Shown one piece after another: positions 1-14,366 of a stretch of 64,000 nucleotides of DNA. This stretch comes from Nitrospirales bacterium (GTDB taxonomy: Bacteria > Nitrospirota > Nitrospiria > Nitrospirales > UBA8639): assembly GCA_965203295.1 (NCBI GenBank), contig CBDBCZ010000018.1, positions 2,560,001-2,624,000 of the forward strand, written 5' to 3'. A program made the translations under genes and the position numbers. Position 1 is the first letter of the stretch. Every line of letters starts with the position of its first letter. Under the pieces are notes generated by a model that was given only the letters and a program-made list of their open reading frames with translations, was not told the origin of the DNA and did no database searches.

Positions 1-380
1 CAGTAATACATGTATAAACACCATTAAATACATACTGTAGTTAAAATGGTAAGCTGAAAAGTGAGTTAGTTTTAAAACGGTTACGTTTCAGTTCACTTAA
101 AGTTGCTATCAAATTCAATCTAATGGAGAGCTCATCTGCTTCACGCTAGTAGTGTTCAACTCAACAATGAAGTGTAAATCAATTGCTACACGATCAAGCT
201 TGAATTGTGCCACTTTTCATGTATATGTATTTTGCAGCACACCTGTACGTGAGTACACTAACATAGCAAGAGCATGAACATATGTGATGGTACAGCCACA
301 ACGGGACCAGAGTAACATGCATTATGTGGAAGAGGCACATGTAGCTACGCAGGGTTCTAGTTCTCACTTGTTCTCTGCAG

Positions 381-1260
381 GATGATACTTCGGCAATTAC
401 TCTTAGAGAGTATATTGATGCACTAGCACATCCCAGTACAGGAATACCATGCCAGGTGAGAATATTACGCATGTATAATGTCATGTGTCAATTACGTTAT
501 TCAGAACTCAGTTAATACTGGGGTTTAATAGTACATTGATACTGTTGCATGTAATGAGGAGAGGTATTGGTAAGTTATCGGTGTCAGCTGTCTGCAAATA
601 ATCATCTGCAAGGAACTATTGTTCCTACTCCACAGGAAGCATCTGGAGAACACATCTTTACAGGTTCAGCTGCAGTGAAGTGGTTTGTGCACAATATGGA
701 GGGAGTTTCTAATGTGCAAGTGGCTAGGGTAAGTATGACTGTGTAGTGTCACTGTGCCTGTTAGATACTAACAGGCTCACATGTTACATTTTGCATTGCA
801 TAAGTACATTTATGTTTGCACGACATGCGTGTTCAATTGCACACCCTGTGTGAACGCACTGCACCTATACGTATGTATGTTGTTATATTATGTTGTACAG
901 ACTATGCCTCTTACTTTTTAATTCATGCAGTTGGAACATTCTATCATTTTCTCTTTACTTTATAGGATGTAGGACAGAGACTTATGGATCTTAATGTGTT
1001 TACAGAGATTCAGGGTAGGAACCTGTCACTTCACATACATGTACTATAGCACTGACATATTTGTTCATAGTGTTTACCTTTTGATATGGTTTTGTATGTA
1101 CATTCATAGTTTCACCACCAATACAGTGCAACTGCATATAACTGTATATAAGAGCATAAGTACAGGAAAAGCTCTTGATCATGATTCCCTGCAGGTGGCA
1201 CACATTTTTGTTTCTGAATCGGTGTACTACTAGTTGTGTGAGCCTGCAATCACGACGACC
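381..1260 (+). pseudogene. Spliced DEP-domain gene fragment (exons 381-455, 636-728, 966-1014, ~1195-1260)
   Basis: AG/GT-bounded exons join in frame to DDTSAITLREYIDALAHPSTGIPCQ-EASGEHIFTGSAAVKWFVHNMEGVSNVQVAR-DVGQRLMDLNVFTEIQG, resembling the DEP pattern F.G...V.W...A..GQ.L.D. The fourth exon (AHIFVSESVYY*) needs a frameshift and has a TAG. The gene may begin left of the window. Confidence 0.65.
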
Positions 1261-1379
1261 AGTCCTCGAAGACCCATACTTAGCAGATTGCAAACCATTC
1301 ATTTACTTGTAGCACCTTGTATTATACACGTAGCTAACTATTCTCACTTATGCTATTGTCACTCAACCTGACGATGCAC

Positions 1380-1569
1380 AGTAGCCTTCCTCATATAGTA
1401 TGTACGTACGGTTTCTCACTCTGATGTTCACTCTCTTTTTTGCCTAGACCCTGTTCATCATTCTCCTTGGATCCAAGCTTTGTAGGCTTGCACCGGAGCC
1501 TCTATGAAAATCACAGAGGCTCTCTAGCAAGTGCCACTGAATACTCAGGGTCAGTGTAGTATAAAGTAC
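1380..1569. repeat. ~190-bp direct repeat, copy 1 (copy 2 at 4784-4974)
   Basis: Near-identical sequence AGTAGCCTTCCTCATATAG...TAGTATAAAGTACA at both sites. It looks exon-like on the - strand. Confidence 0.9.
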
Positions 1570-1896
1570 ATGGACATGAAGATGTGGAAGTAGTGGTGAA
1601 GGCTGCTGTGAAGTATGATGTGTGCATCGTGCCATTTGGAGGTCAGTAATGACTATATGCATGAACCGTGACATCTGTCCATGAATACAGAGCTGTAAGT
1701 TCTAATCACCATACATGCAGCTACATAATTATGTACATGTACTCTTCATGTGCATGTTACACTACATTTGATTACTCCATATTAACTGTCTGTATGTTTC
1801 ACATTGCCTGCAACTAATGATACAAAAACTGAGTAGAAATGGAACTACTTATGTACTGAATTATCCCAATTCTACTTTCTTAAATTACATATGTAG

Positions 1897-3234
<1,338 letters not shown>

Positions 3235-3329
3235 TAATGTATCTGCTATTGGAGGAGTCTGTAACGTTTACTGAAATTAGGGATGCATGTAAATTACGCA
3301 ACAAACTAATGTCAGTGTAATTGCATATT

Positions 3330-4140
3330 TTCAGCATTTGACATGATGGCTTATGGTTTACAGTGTAATAAGTTATGGGAAGTTGGGGTTAGGGGTAAGA
3401 TGTGGAGAGTTATTAGTATGACATTTCACTGAGTGCGGTTTTACTTGTGAAATTTCAGTTGTTTGATGAGGTTAGGAAGGCTGGGATTGGCATATCTATA
3501 GACAATGTTGGGAGTCTAATGTTTGCTGACAATTTGGTACATGTAGGTTTAATTACTAATGCTGAGAACTCTTGAGTAGTACAGGAGTTTGGAGGTTGAA
3601 TCAAAAAGAGTGCTGTTATGGTATTTACAGATGTTATTACATGCAGGAACACTTCATGGAAGTGGGGAGATATAGACACTCCAAGGGTTGCATGTTACTG
3701 ATAGGCATTGAATTTGCTAGTAGTGGTTCATGAGATAGTCATGTACAGAAGGTAGTAAATAGTGGAAAGAAAAAACTACTTAGGTTTTTAGAAATATCAG
3801 TATAGTTGCAAGAAGGATAAGTATATAATTATTGTTAGTTTCGGTACTTTGCCCTACTTTTGAATATGATAGTGAAGTGTAGGCTTGTATTAAATAGCAG
3901 ATCACTTTTTTTGGAATCTATTTAGCTAGGAACAGCTAAAAGATACGTACTTGGCTGTTCTTTTAAAATGTGTAACGAAGGAGTAAGGGGAGATATGTGG
4001 TTGGAATCTTTGAAGGGCAGAAGGGATAGGTGCAATTAAACTTAAGTGGTGGTATAAAGCCAATGACGAGAGATATACTAACACTGAGTGGTAAGTGAAA
4101 CCGTGTAGATTACATGTCGATTTGAGAGGATGGCTTAAAT
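3330..4140 (+). mobile_element. Degraded LINE reverse transcriptase fragment
   Basis: KLWEVGVRGKMWRVI and GSLMFADNLV motifs with many stops. Same family as 5700-6950 and 13030-14320. Confidence 0.75.
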
Positions 4141-4141
4141 A

Positions 4142-4722
4142 CCGTAGACTCGAGTTATCAGGTGCATGCGCTAATTGGGACAATAGCAACAGTGTATGCG
4201 CTACATAACGAAGTGTGCTACATATCGGCGGTTAAAGGTTGCCATGCCTATTTATTGCATGTGTCAACGACAGCTGTCGATGCAAAAAGTTAAAGCTCTT
4301 CACGGCAAGGTTACATTAGCTGGCTAAAAAAATGGGAAGCTTTGTTGCTGTTAGCAGATTACTAACTACCAATATGGAATCACGATCAAAGAAAGCGTTG
4401 TTCGTGGCCACTACGTGTACAAAGTGTTCCCAGTGCTACCATGGCAAGCGAGCAGTAGCTATCTATCGAGACGGAAAGATTGTTGGCCACATACCCAGAG
4501 AGCTAGCTAGCTGCTAACAGTCTCTTAGTTTCTCGTTCAATCCTTTAATAATTATTTTTGTGCTAGTTGCTCCACCCCATGTTTCGTTTAATTGTAACAT
4601 GTGCGCCTGTTAACGAGGTTTTTACCTCTGAATTTTTACAGCTTTGGGCCAAGAAGCGAGCATGTGCCTGATAGCGTATGTGTGCTACATGATGAAGTGT
4701 GCCTGATAACCTTAGTCTACTG
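4142..4722 (+). mobile_element. TA-flanked TIR element with HIRAN-like fragment
   Basis: TA|CCGTAGACTCGAGTTATCAGG ... CCTGATAACCTTAGTCTACTG|TA. Internal VRGHYVYK...AVAIYRDGKIVGHIPRELAS. Confidence 0.75.
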
Positions 4723-4783
4723 TAGTAATGATAAACTAAGTCTTTTGTAAAGAAATAGAATTACGTACTTGAAGGGGGTTGGG

Positions 4784-4974
4784 AGTAGCCTTCCTCATAT
4801 AGTATGTACGTACGGTTTTTCACTCTGATGTTCACTCTCTTTTTTGCCTAGACCCTGTTCATCATTCTCCTTGAATCCAAGCTTTGTAGGCTCGCACCGG
4901 AGCCTCTATGAAAATCACAGAGGCTCTCTAGCAAGTGCCAGTGAATACTCAGGGTCAGTGTAGTATAAAGTACA
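4784..4974. repeat. ~190-bp direct repeat, copy 2
   Basis: Matches 1380-1569. Confidence 0.9.
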
Positions 4975-5653
4975 CGGGCTGTCCCTACATTGCTTTGGAT
5001 GTGAATTGCAGTTAAAAACTGAACAGCGGAGTAGCAATTTGTGATAAAATTGCATTTGGGAGTTCAAAAGCACCATTGAATGGTCTTCCTATGCCCTAAC
5101 CAAAGAATGTTTTCCAGAAATGATAGATTGCAATCTTTCACTTTCCTACCCACAAATTTTGTAGTTGGGGCTTCTCCACAGTATTCTCCACAGCATCCCT
5201 GGAGTCTATAGCTGCATTACAAATTTCAGAGGATTTACTGGAGCATTTTGGGCTGTCTAATCTTCAACCATCACAGCTTCATGTTACTGCTATCTATGGT
5301 ACGTTACATGAAAATACAATGTATCATATGTACATTGATGTTTGCATGATGAAGGTTGCATTGAGAGAGGGTTATTTTATATGAAACATGCCACGCTCGA
5401 ACGGTAAACACTAAGTAGAGTAATGAAGTACACGTAACTCTCTCCCAGCTATGGGATACACATACATACGTATGCGCCCGTATAATATAGGGGAAAGTAT
5501 GTACTGTATATATCTTGACATCTAGTATATAAAATGCATCAACATTGTCATTGAAATGTTAAGCTTCTGTGTAGACATCAAGCACGCTGTGTATGCCAGG
5601 CAGTTTTGCGCGATGAACCTATATTATAATAGCCCCATACCTGCATGCTGGAT

Positions 5654-8600
5654 TGCAGCTATGTAATTTACCTGAGTCTCTAACGTGCAGCAGGTCATCT
5701 ACATCAAGTAGCTAATCCTTTTAAATTTGGTCCACCTGGAGCCAGATTTCGGAACAAGAACATGTGCCTGTATCAACCTCTTTAGAAAATACCATAATAA
5801 CACTCTTTTTATGTTAGATTTCAACCTCCATTTATTACAAAACCCCTGTACTACATTAATCAATGTTTGTAAGTCCTCAGCATTAGGAGTTAAACCTACA
5901 AAATCATCGGCAAACATTAGACCCCCAACCTGAACATCCTTCTTAATATTAATGCCAATCACAGCCTTCTCAACCTCATCTAACAACTGATTAATAGAGT
6001 TAATAAGATAGGTGACATACTACAAATCTGTGCCACCCCCTGACCTATATCAGATATTTCTCTCTTCAGTAAAACAGCACTCTGTGTGATCATGTCAACT
6101 CTGTCAACTACTTTAAAAAAAATAAAGCTTAAGTGTCCCTCATTCTACGTGGTATGATTTCATTGAGAGCAAAGATGCCATCAACATGACTCATTTTCTC
6201 TCTAAATCTTCATAAAGAGCTCTTTCTTATTCTAATGTGATTACTACGCGATTGTTTAGAACAATTTTCCTCCCACATTCAATAATGTAATGCCTCTGTA
6301 ATTACCCGGGCCCTCAGTATCACCTTTCTTATACAAGCTAAAAATTAACACTTGTCCTCTTTGTTTTGGAACAGTCTCCACTGTACAAACTACTTCAGAT
6401 TAGACTTTCAACAGACTAATGACAAGCCGATCATTACCTCCTGCATTATTATTCTTTAAGGTTTTAGTTAAATTTCTGCAAAACTAATTCCACTGTCCAA
6501 AACCTTAACCTTCCGTAATCGAGACATTTCACTGTACTCTGTCACTTTCTGCCCTACATGCTCTTTCCAGCTACCATCAAACTGAACATCTTCAGATGCT
6601 GTAGACAGTCTTTCATAATGCTCACATAATACTCCCTTGGTACTGGTTACACATGAACCCTCAAATAAGCAACATACCCTTACGACTACCCTTTGAAGAT
6701 CCTGCCAACAAATGCCCAAGAACTCTTTCCTGTTTTCATGAAAATCTTTATTAGCCTTTTCAATCACTTCCTTTCAACTATCTATACCAATTCCTTGATT
6801 TCCGAACATAGTTTGTAACACTCTCCCCATTTATCTTCCCTGCTAATACTAATCTCCTTGTAAACCAGTCTCCTTATCATAATCTTCTCCCCGTTCCACC
6901 ACCTAACCGCTTTGCCACACATTATCGCCTTTTCTCCGATTTCCCTACCATCACAGATAACACATTATCGCCTTTTCTCCGATTTCCCTACCATCACAGA
7001 TAAGCAGTAATTAATGCAACTGTTAGCTATGTCCTGTCTCTGGCACACTTTTATGTAATGCATACCTAACTTTTAAATTGTATGTTTGTGGGGGGGGGGG
7101 GGGGGGGGGGGGGGGAATCAAAAGTAGATAACTAGTCTTTGTCGTCTTGAAGATGCGAGACTGTCATTATTTTCAGTGTAAGTCCATAAAGATCAGTGTT
7201 TCCTTTGAAAATACTGCTGCACAGCTTTGAAGGTAAGGTAAAAATACATATAAATTGGTTTTGTACATTTCCACTGATTGGATAAAGTAATAGTACATCT
7301 GTGTAGTTTGAGCAGTGGTTGAAAGTTTTGTTCCCTTGGTTCAATAGTTGTTGGGTTCATGGTTCGAAAATCAGGCTCTATCTGCACAAATTCTATTGCT
7401 GGTTAGGCCACACGTTTCTGAAGATATTTCAAAGAGGAGTAAAGGCATGAATGGCTGCAGTCATGTACAGATAGAGAGCAGGACCAATAAGGATTTACTG
7501 CTTATGTACCTCATTGTGTTAAGCAAGCATAAAAGTCTCTGGAATGAACAGTGACTATGGTGACAGCTAGTGTATTAGGTCACTGTGATATGTGGCATAC
7601 ATATAGAGATTGCGGTAGAGGTCTAGAGCTGATCCGATTCACTTGGTAGAGACAATGATGGCCAAGTGTTCATGTTATTCTTCATAACATCACCAGCTTC
7701 ATACATTGTTTTACCACCCAGGGTAGGAAGCCAGAAGGCAAAGTTACATCAGAAAAATACCAGGCTGTACAAGAAGAGCACAGTGTTACTGCATGAGCCT
7801 GTCAGTGCTTTCAAAAACAATAATCATCGATTCTGCTAATACTGCATTAGTTGTTTTATACATACTGAGCTCTGGCATTCAGATTCTACAAATAGGCTAT
7901 GCAAACGTTTTAGAGTGTACTAGTCAGATTTGTACCGAGCCGTTATTGGCTCTATTATAGTGTTTCTGTAACTGCATCTACAATGGTGATTTCAATGTCA
8001 TGTTGACTATTGTATAATGTTTATACTGCCGTGCAGGTAGTGAGCTCACACACATCACAAGCAGTGGCTGGAGCTCAACAGTATCCGAGCACCCAAATAA
8101 AAATTTACAAGCTCTACCAGAGTGCATCAGTGGTGATTTCAAATGCAGATACCTTGGACAACAGCATAAAGATTGATTTAGAAGCAGGAAGTCAAGATTC
8201 AAGTGGACGAGACTTTCTCTTCGTGACTATTTACATGTGATGAAGCTGTTGTCACGCGTTGAACTGTTCTTTTTTTATTTCATGTGAGTATGCCACATTT
8301 GTGCTGCATATACTTGCATGACATTGTAGAAGTCTTATTTCAGATTTTGTACAACGTTTATCCTGCTATTGCTGATTATTATTGTATTATTATTTCATTA
8401 CTCCTTTTGGGGCGAGCGTGAATTACTATTTTTTTTGTATTACTCCCTTTATGGCGAGTTTTTATTTATTTTTTTATACTATATACTCTTTTTTATTACT
8501 ACATGTAGTAATTTCCCTTTTGAAACGAGCGCGAACGAGCCCCCCCCGTCCGTGCGCATGGACTATTCCGTAAAAACGTTAGCATGCCTATTTCTAATAC

Positions 8601-9279
8601 TGTTGTCACGCGTTTCAACTGCTTTACTCTTATAATCCTCTGCAACATGAGCGTGCACTCTGGAGAGAGAGAATGAGTGACTTGTGTAGACAGCGGACAC
8701 TGGAACGGCGCAGACAGCGCTACAGAGAAAGGAGTGCGGCCGAAACCCCTGTGGAGAAGGACAGAAGGCTACAGAACGAGCGAGCATGGCGAAGGCGGAG
8801 ACTGTTGGGTGAGTCGGCTGAACGCGGCTAAGGAGGCCAACGATCGAACGAACGCTTACATGTACGCCGGCGAAAACACAGGGCAGCAGCGCAAGGGCAG
8901 AGGATGATGACTGAGTCCCGCGATGCCATGAACATTGGTAGTTGAAGGAGAAAGTTAGTGGCATGTCTCCTGTGCAGAGTAGTCTCTCTCTGCAGTGGTG
9001 TTAAACGTTTATCATGCTGGAGCTTCTGAACTGCCCTCAGCGACTTGTCATAGTCATTCACAATAGCTGCATACACATCCTTCAGCATCTGTGACCGTGG
9101 CTCGCATAAATTGGTGGCCGCTAACTGGTGTTGAGGTTGTAGCTGTTCTGTCACTAGACACGTTTTTAGCTTGCCTTGTCTGCAAGTCTCAAATCACCCC
9201 ACAACTGAACAGCTGGGTAGATGTGCAAGTGCGATGCTCTTCAAGCACTGAAAAACTTTAAGAAACAGTGGAGGGGCTA
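5654..9279. repeat. Left arm of ~3.6-kb inverted duplication
   Basis: Collinear reverse-complement match to 10693-14366 throughout, including the LINE fragment, unique DNA and Helitron fragment. Confidence 0.95.
5700..6950 (-). mobile_element. Degraded LINE RT fragment (mirror copy at 13030-14320 +)
   Basis: ORFs VQVGGLMFADDFVGL...FCNKWRLKSN and EKANKDFHENRKEF, with a GNYRGITLLN motif. Confidence 0.85.
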
Positions 9280-9750
9280 CCCAGCCCACACATCATACTA
9301 GGCTGATCGTGTTCATGCAAAGGCCAGCAAGAGCGTGTGAAAAAACAGTAACAGAAGCAATCTGCAATGTGACACTGTGCCTATTGTATGTACATAATGA
9401 ACTAACCTGGGTCCAAACATGAGATCATAGAAGAAAGTGATACGTCAGACCGCGCCGTATTAGCCAATCTTAACTTGTCTACATTGCACATGCAAGATGA
9501 ATAGGTCACCGAAACTTCCCTCCTATCTGCCCCTCCGTTTACTTTGACGTACAGCCTCACTGGCATTCACAGGCATTAAGTACAAACCACACTAACATTT
9601 CTCAACTACATCCCTCCATATTATCATGATGATCATATCAAAGTCAGTTATGCATGATGAACTCGCTCGCCCCACAGTGCTCTGCATCATAGAAAATAGA
9701 GATAGATAATAGATGATAATACTCTATTATCTATGTCTGCATTCACCTAG
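8407..9750 (+). mobile_element. Internally deleted Helitron/Helentron-type element with RepHel and RPA/OB-like fragments
   Basis: 5' TTGGGGCGAGCGTGA and 3' CTCGCTCGCCCCACAGTGCTCTGCAT..CACCTAG|T. The - strand reads EPRSQMLKDVYAAIV..(ERDYSAQET.HLL in the mirror copy)LQLPMFMASRD, like RepHel. The + strand reads LDTFLACLVCKSQI..GRCAKCDALQ, a zinc-ribbon OB-like motif. Confidence 0.7.
9688..9735. mobile_element. 48-bp CATAGA...TCTATG insert with 7-bp TSD (P-element-like remnant/footprint)
   Basis: TCTGCAT is duplicated at 9681-9687 and 9736-9742. The related Helitron end at 12605-12630 has a single copy. Confidence 0.75.
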
Positions 9751-10692
9751 TAGATAATATCTATGCGCCCACACAGTTCTGAATACTGTGCGTATGCGTA
9801 CAGGTACAGGTCTAGACAGCCCCACCCCCATTCATTCACAATGAATGCGTTTGTGCGTCGTCATGGTCAAAGCCTCGCTGAAGCGTCGGGAATCTTCGTC
9901 AGGGAGGGGTGGAGAGAATTTCACACTTGCTGGCCACTCAAACAACGGGAGAATAAAGCTATCTCAAGCCATGTAAGATTGTACTCGCTAATATATACCC
10001 GTTCTGTACTGTAATTTGGTCAGCCAGGGTACGTAGCTAGCCCCCGTACAGTCTGGCTCGCGAGATTAGCTCCCGTGTCGGTACAGAGGTTTGCAAAAGC
10101 TTGCAAGTGACTGTGCAGAGTAGAAACCAGAAAGCTTGCCCTGCTCAGTAATGAGCCTTTCATCTGTAGCGTTAGAGTAAGCTTAGGCCTTGTATTTTTC
10201 GAGTGCAAACCTCTGTAGACCTACAAAATAAAGTAGCTAGTCTTTGACACATTTTTTGCTGTTAGACGTTAAGTGATAGCCATTGACATTGAAAGTCTTT
10301 GACATAGAGTCTTGCACTGTAAATTAGATTCCCTGACCATAGTAGAGTAGAATAGTAGTATACAAATAGTACAAAATGTGCAATATTATGTGTTAATTGA
10401 GTTTCCAATCCCTGTCCTTCTACTCTACTGTCTATGCCCTGACAATGTTTGGTGGGGGTCCCTATCACAACTGCTATAACATAGTGTAACAGTTATTGCC
10501 TTGTACAACTAACTGTGGTTGCTAAGTATGCATATGTATCTATAGCATCATGTAAACCTATTTCTTCCATGTAATAAAGAGCACAAGGCAGCAACCATTA
10601 CCAAACAGAGTCAAGGAAAAGGCCTTCACAGATCGGAATCAATGATTTTGGAGGTGCCAAAAATATTGAGCGTTATGAAAGAAAGGTGAGCT

Positions 10693-13600
10693 TAGCACTC
10701 CACTGTTTCTTACAGTGTTTAAGTGCTTGAAGGGCATCACACTTTGCACATCTACCCAGCCGTTCAGTTGTGGGGGTGATTTGAGACTTGCAGACAAGGC
10801 AAGCTAAAAACGTGTCTAGTGACAGAACAGCTGCAACCTCGACACCAGTTAGCGGCCATCAATTTATGCGAGCCACGGTCATAGATGCTGAAGGATGTGT
10901 ATGCTGCTGCTGTTGTGAATGATGATGACAAATCGTTGAAGGCAGTTCAGAAGCTACTGATAAACACGACTGCAGAGAGGGACTACTCTGCACAGGAGAC
11001 ATACCACCTTCTCCTCAATGTTCATGGCATCGCGGGACTTCATCATTCTCTGCCCTTGCGCTGCTGCCCTGCGTTCTCGCCTGCGTACATATGTAAGCGT
11101 TCGTTCGATCGTCGGCCTCCCTAGCTTCAGCCGACCATTATCTATGAGCCGACTCACCCAACAGTCTCCGCCTTCACCGTGCTCGCTCGCTTTGTAGCCT
11201 TCTGTCCTTCTTCACAGCACACATGGGATTCGGCCGCACTCCTTTCTCTGTAGGCATGCCAACGTTTTTACGGAATAGACCTTGCACGGACGCACGCGCA
11301 CGCACAGGTCTACATTAAGGGGGGGGGCTCACTCGCGCTCATTTCAAAGGGAAATTACTAGTAATACAAAAGAAATAATCACGCTCGTCCCAAAAAGAGT
11401 ATATAGTATAAATAAATAAATAAAAACTCGCCATAAAAGGAGTAATACAAAAAAAAAATAGTAATTCACGCTCGCCCCAAAAGGAGTAATAAAATAATAA
11501 TACAACAATTATCAGTGATAGAAGAATAAACATTGTACAAAATCTGAAATATGACTTCTACAGTGTCATGCAAGTATATGCAGCACAAATGTGGCATACT
11601 CACTTGAAATAAAAAAAAGAACAGTTCAACGTGTGACGACAGCTTCATTACATGTAAATAGTCACAAAGAGAAAGTCTCGTCCACTTGAATCTTGACTTC
11701 CTGCTTCTAAATCAATCTTTACGTTGTTGTCCAAGGTATCTGCATTTGAAATCACCACTGATGCACTCTCTGGTAGAGCTTGTAAATTTCATTTGGGTGC
11801 TCGGATACTGTTGAACTCCAGCCACTGCTTGTGATGTGTGTGAGCTCACTACCTGCACGGCAGTATAAACATTATACAATAGTCAACATGACATTGTAAT
11901 CACCTTTGTAGATGCAGTTACAGAAACACTATAATAGAGCCAATAACGCCTCGGTACAAATATGACTAGTACACTCTAATACGTATGCATAGCCTATTTG
12001 TAGAATCTGAATGCCAGAGCTCAGTATGTATATAACAACTTAGGCAGTAATAGCAGGATCGATGATTATTGTTTTTAAAAGCACTGACAGGCTCATGCAG
12101 TAACACTGTGACTTACTCTCTTCTTGTACAGCCTGGTATTTTTCTGACGTAACTTTGCCTTCTGGCTTCCTACCCTGGGTGGTAAAACAATGTATGAAGC
12201 TGGTGATGTTACGAAGAATAACATGAACACTTGGCCATCATTGTCTCTACCAAGTGAATCGGATCATCTCAAGACTCTATTACAAGCTCTATATGTATGC
12301 CACATATCACAGTGACCTAATGCACTAGCTGTCACCATAGTCATTGTTGATTCCAGAGACTTTTATGCTTGCTTAACACAATGAGGTACATATGCAGTAA
12401 ATCCTTACTGGTCCCTCTCTCTATCTGTACATGATTGCAGCCATTCATGCCTTTAATCCTCTTTGAAAAATCCTCAGAAACGTGTGGCCTAACCAGCAAT
12501 AGAATTCGCGATAGAGCCTAATTTTCGAACCATGAACACAACAACTATTGAACTAAGGGAACAAAACTTTCAACCACTGCTCAAACTACACAGATGTATA
12601 ACTACTAGTAAATGCAGAGCATTGTGGGGCGAGCGTTAGCGAGGGCATGACACTGAAATAGATATTTTTGAAGTATTTGCGGTATATAGGACCAAGCATC
12701 CGTACGTACAGACAAAATCGCCATTCATACCACTAAGGGGGGGGGGCTCGCTCACGCTCGCCCCAATTATTTTATCCAATCAGTGGAAATGTACAAAACA
12801 TTTTTATATGTATTTTTACCTTCAAAGCTGTGCAGCAGTATTTTCAAAGGAAACACTGATGTACATAGACTTATACTGAAAATAATGACAGTCTCGCGTC
12901 TTCAAAACGACAAAGACTAGTTATCTACTTTTGATTCCCCCCCCTCCCACAAACATACAATTTAAAGAGTTAGGTATGCATTACATAAAGTGTGCCTGAG
13001 ATAGGACATAGTTGTATTAATTACTGCCTATCTGTGATGGTAGGGAAATTGGAGAAAAGGCGATAGTGTGTGGCAAAGCGGTGAGGTGGTGGGATGGTGA
13101 TATTAATTAATTAAGAAGAAGATTATAATAAGGAGACTGGTTTGTAAGTATTGACGGGGAAGATAAACGGGGAGAGTGTTACCAACTATGTTCGGAAATC
13201 AAGGAATTGGTATAAATAGTTGAAATGAGGTGATTGAAAAGCCTAATAAAGATTTTCATGAAAACAGGAAAGAGTTCTTGGGCATTTGTTGGCAGGATCT
13301 TCAAAGGATAGTCGTAAGGGTATATTGCTTCTTTGAGGGTTCATGTGTAACCAGTACCAAGGGAAAATTGGAAGTATTATGTGAACATTATGAAAGGCTG
13401 GGTACAGCATGCATCTGTAGATGATCAGTTTGATGGTAGCTGGAAAGAGAATGCATGTGGAGCAGAAAGTGACAGAATATAGCGAAAGTGACAGAGTACA
13501 GTGAAATGTCTCGATTACGGAAGGTTAAGGTTTTGGACAGTTGAATTAGTTTTGCAGAAATTTAACTAAAACCTTAAAGAATAATAATGCAGGAAGTAAT

Positions 13601-14366
13601 GATGGGCTTGTCATTAGTCTGTTGAAAGTCTAATCTGAAGTAGTTTGGACAGTGGAGACTGTTCCAAAACAAAGAGGACAAGTGTTAATTTTTAGCTTGG
13701 ATAAGAAAGGTGATACTGAGGGCCCGGGTAATTACAGAGGCATTACATTATTGAATGTGGGAGCAAAATTGTTTTAAACAATCACATAGTAATCACATTA
13801 GAATAAGAAAGAGCTCTTCATGAAGATTTAGAGAGAAAATGAGTCATGTTGATGGCATCTTTGTTCTCAATGAAATCATATCGGTAGAATGAGGAACACT
13901 TAAGCTTTTTTTTTTTAAAGTACTTGACAGAGTTGACATGATCACACAGAGTGCTGTTTTACTGAAGAGAGAAATATCTGATATAGGTCAGGGGGTGGCA
14001 CAGGTTTGTAGTATGTCACCTATACTCTTATTTAACTCTATTAATCAGTTGTTAGATGAGGTTGAGAAGTCTGTGATTAGATGTTCAGGTTGGGGGTCTA
14101 ATGTTTGCCGATGATTTTGTAGGTTTAACTCCTAATGCTGAGGACTTACAAACATTGATTAATGTAGTACAGGGGTTTTGTAATAAATGGAAGTTGAAAT
14201 CTAACATAAAAGGAGTGTTATTATGGTATTTTCTAAAGAGGTTGATGCAGGCACATGTTCTTGTTCCGAAATCTGGCTCCAGGTGGACCAAATTTAAAAG
14301 GAATATAGCTACTTGATGTAGATGACCAACTGCACGTTACAGACTCAGGTAAATAACATAGCTGCA
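10693..14366. repeat. Right arm of inverted duplication
   Basis: Reverse complement of 5654-9279 with scattered substitutions/indels and a 162-bp extra insertion. Confidence 0.95.
12605..12766 (-). mobile_element. 162-bp non-autonomous Helitron-type element
   Basis: The - strand reads TTGGGGCGAGCGTGAGCGAGCCCC ... CTCGCTAACGCTCGCCCCACAATGCTCTGCATTTACTAG. It is absent from the paralogous site at ~7290, and inserted at A|T without a TSD. Confidence 0.88.

Noticed and set aside
7090..7116. Poly-G tract as a functional G-quadruplex
   Set aside because: The paralogous arm (~12936) has a much shorter run, consistent with slippage or a sequencing artefact.
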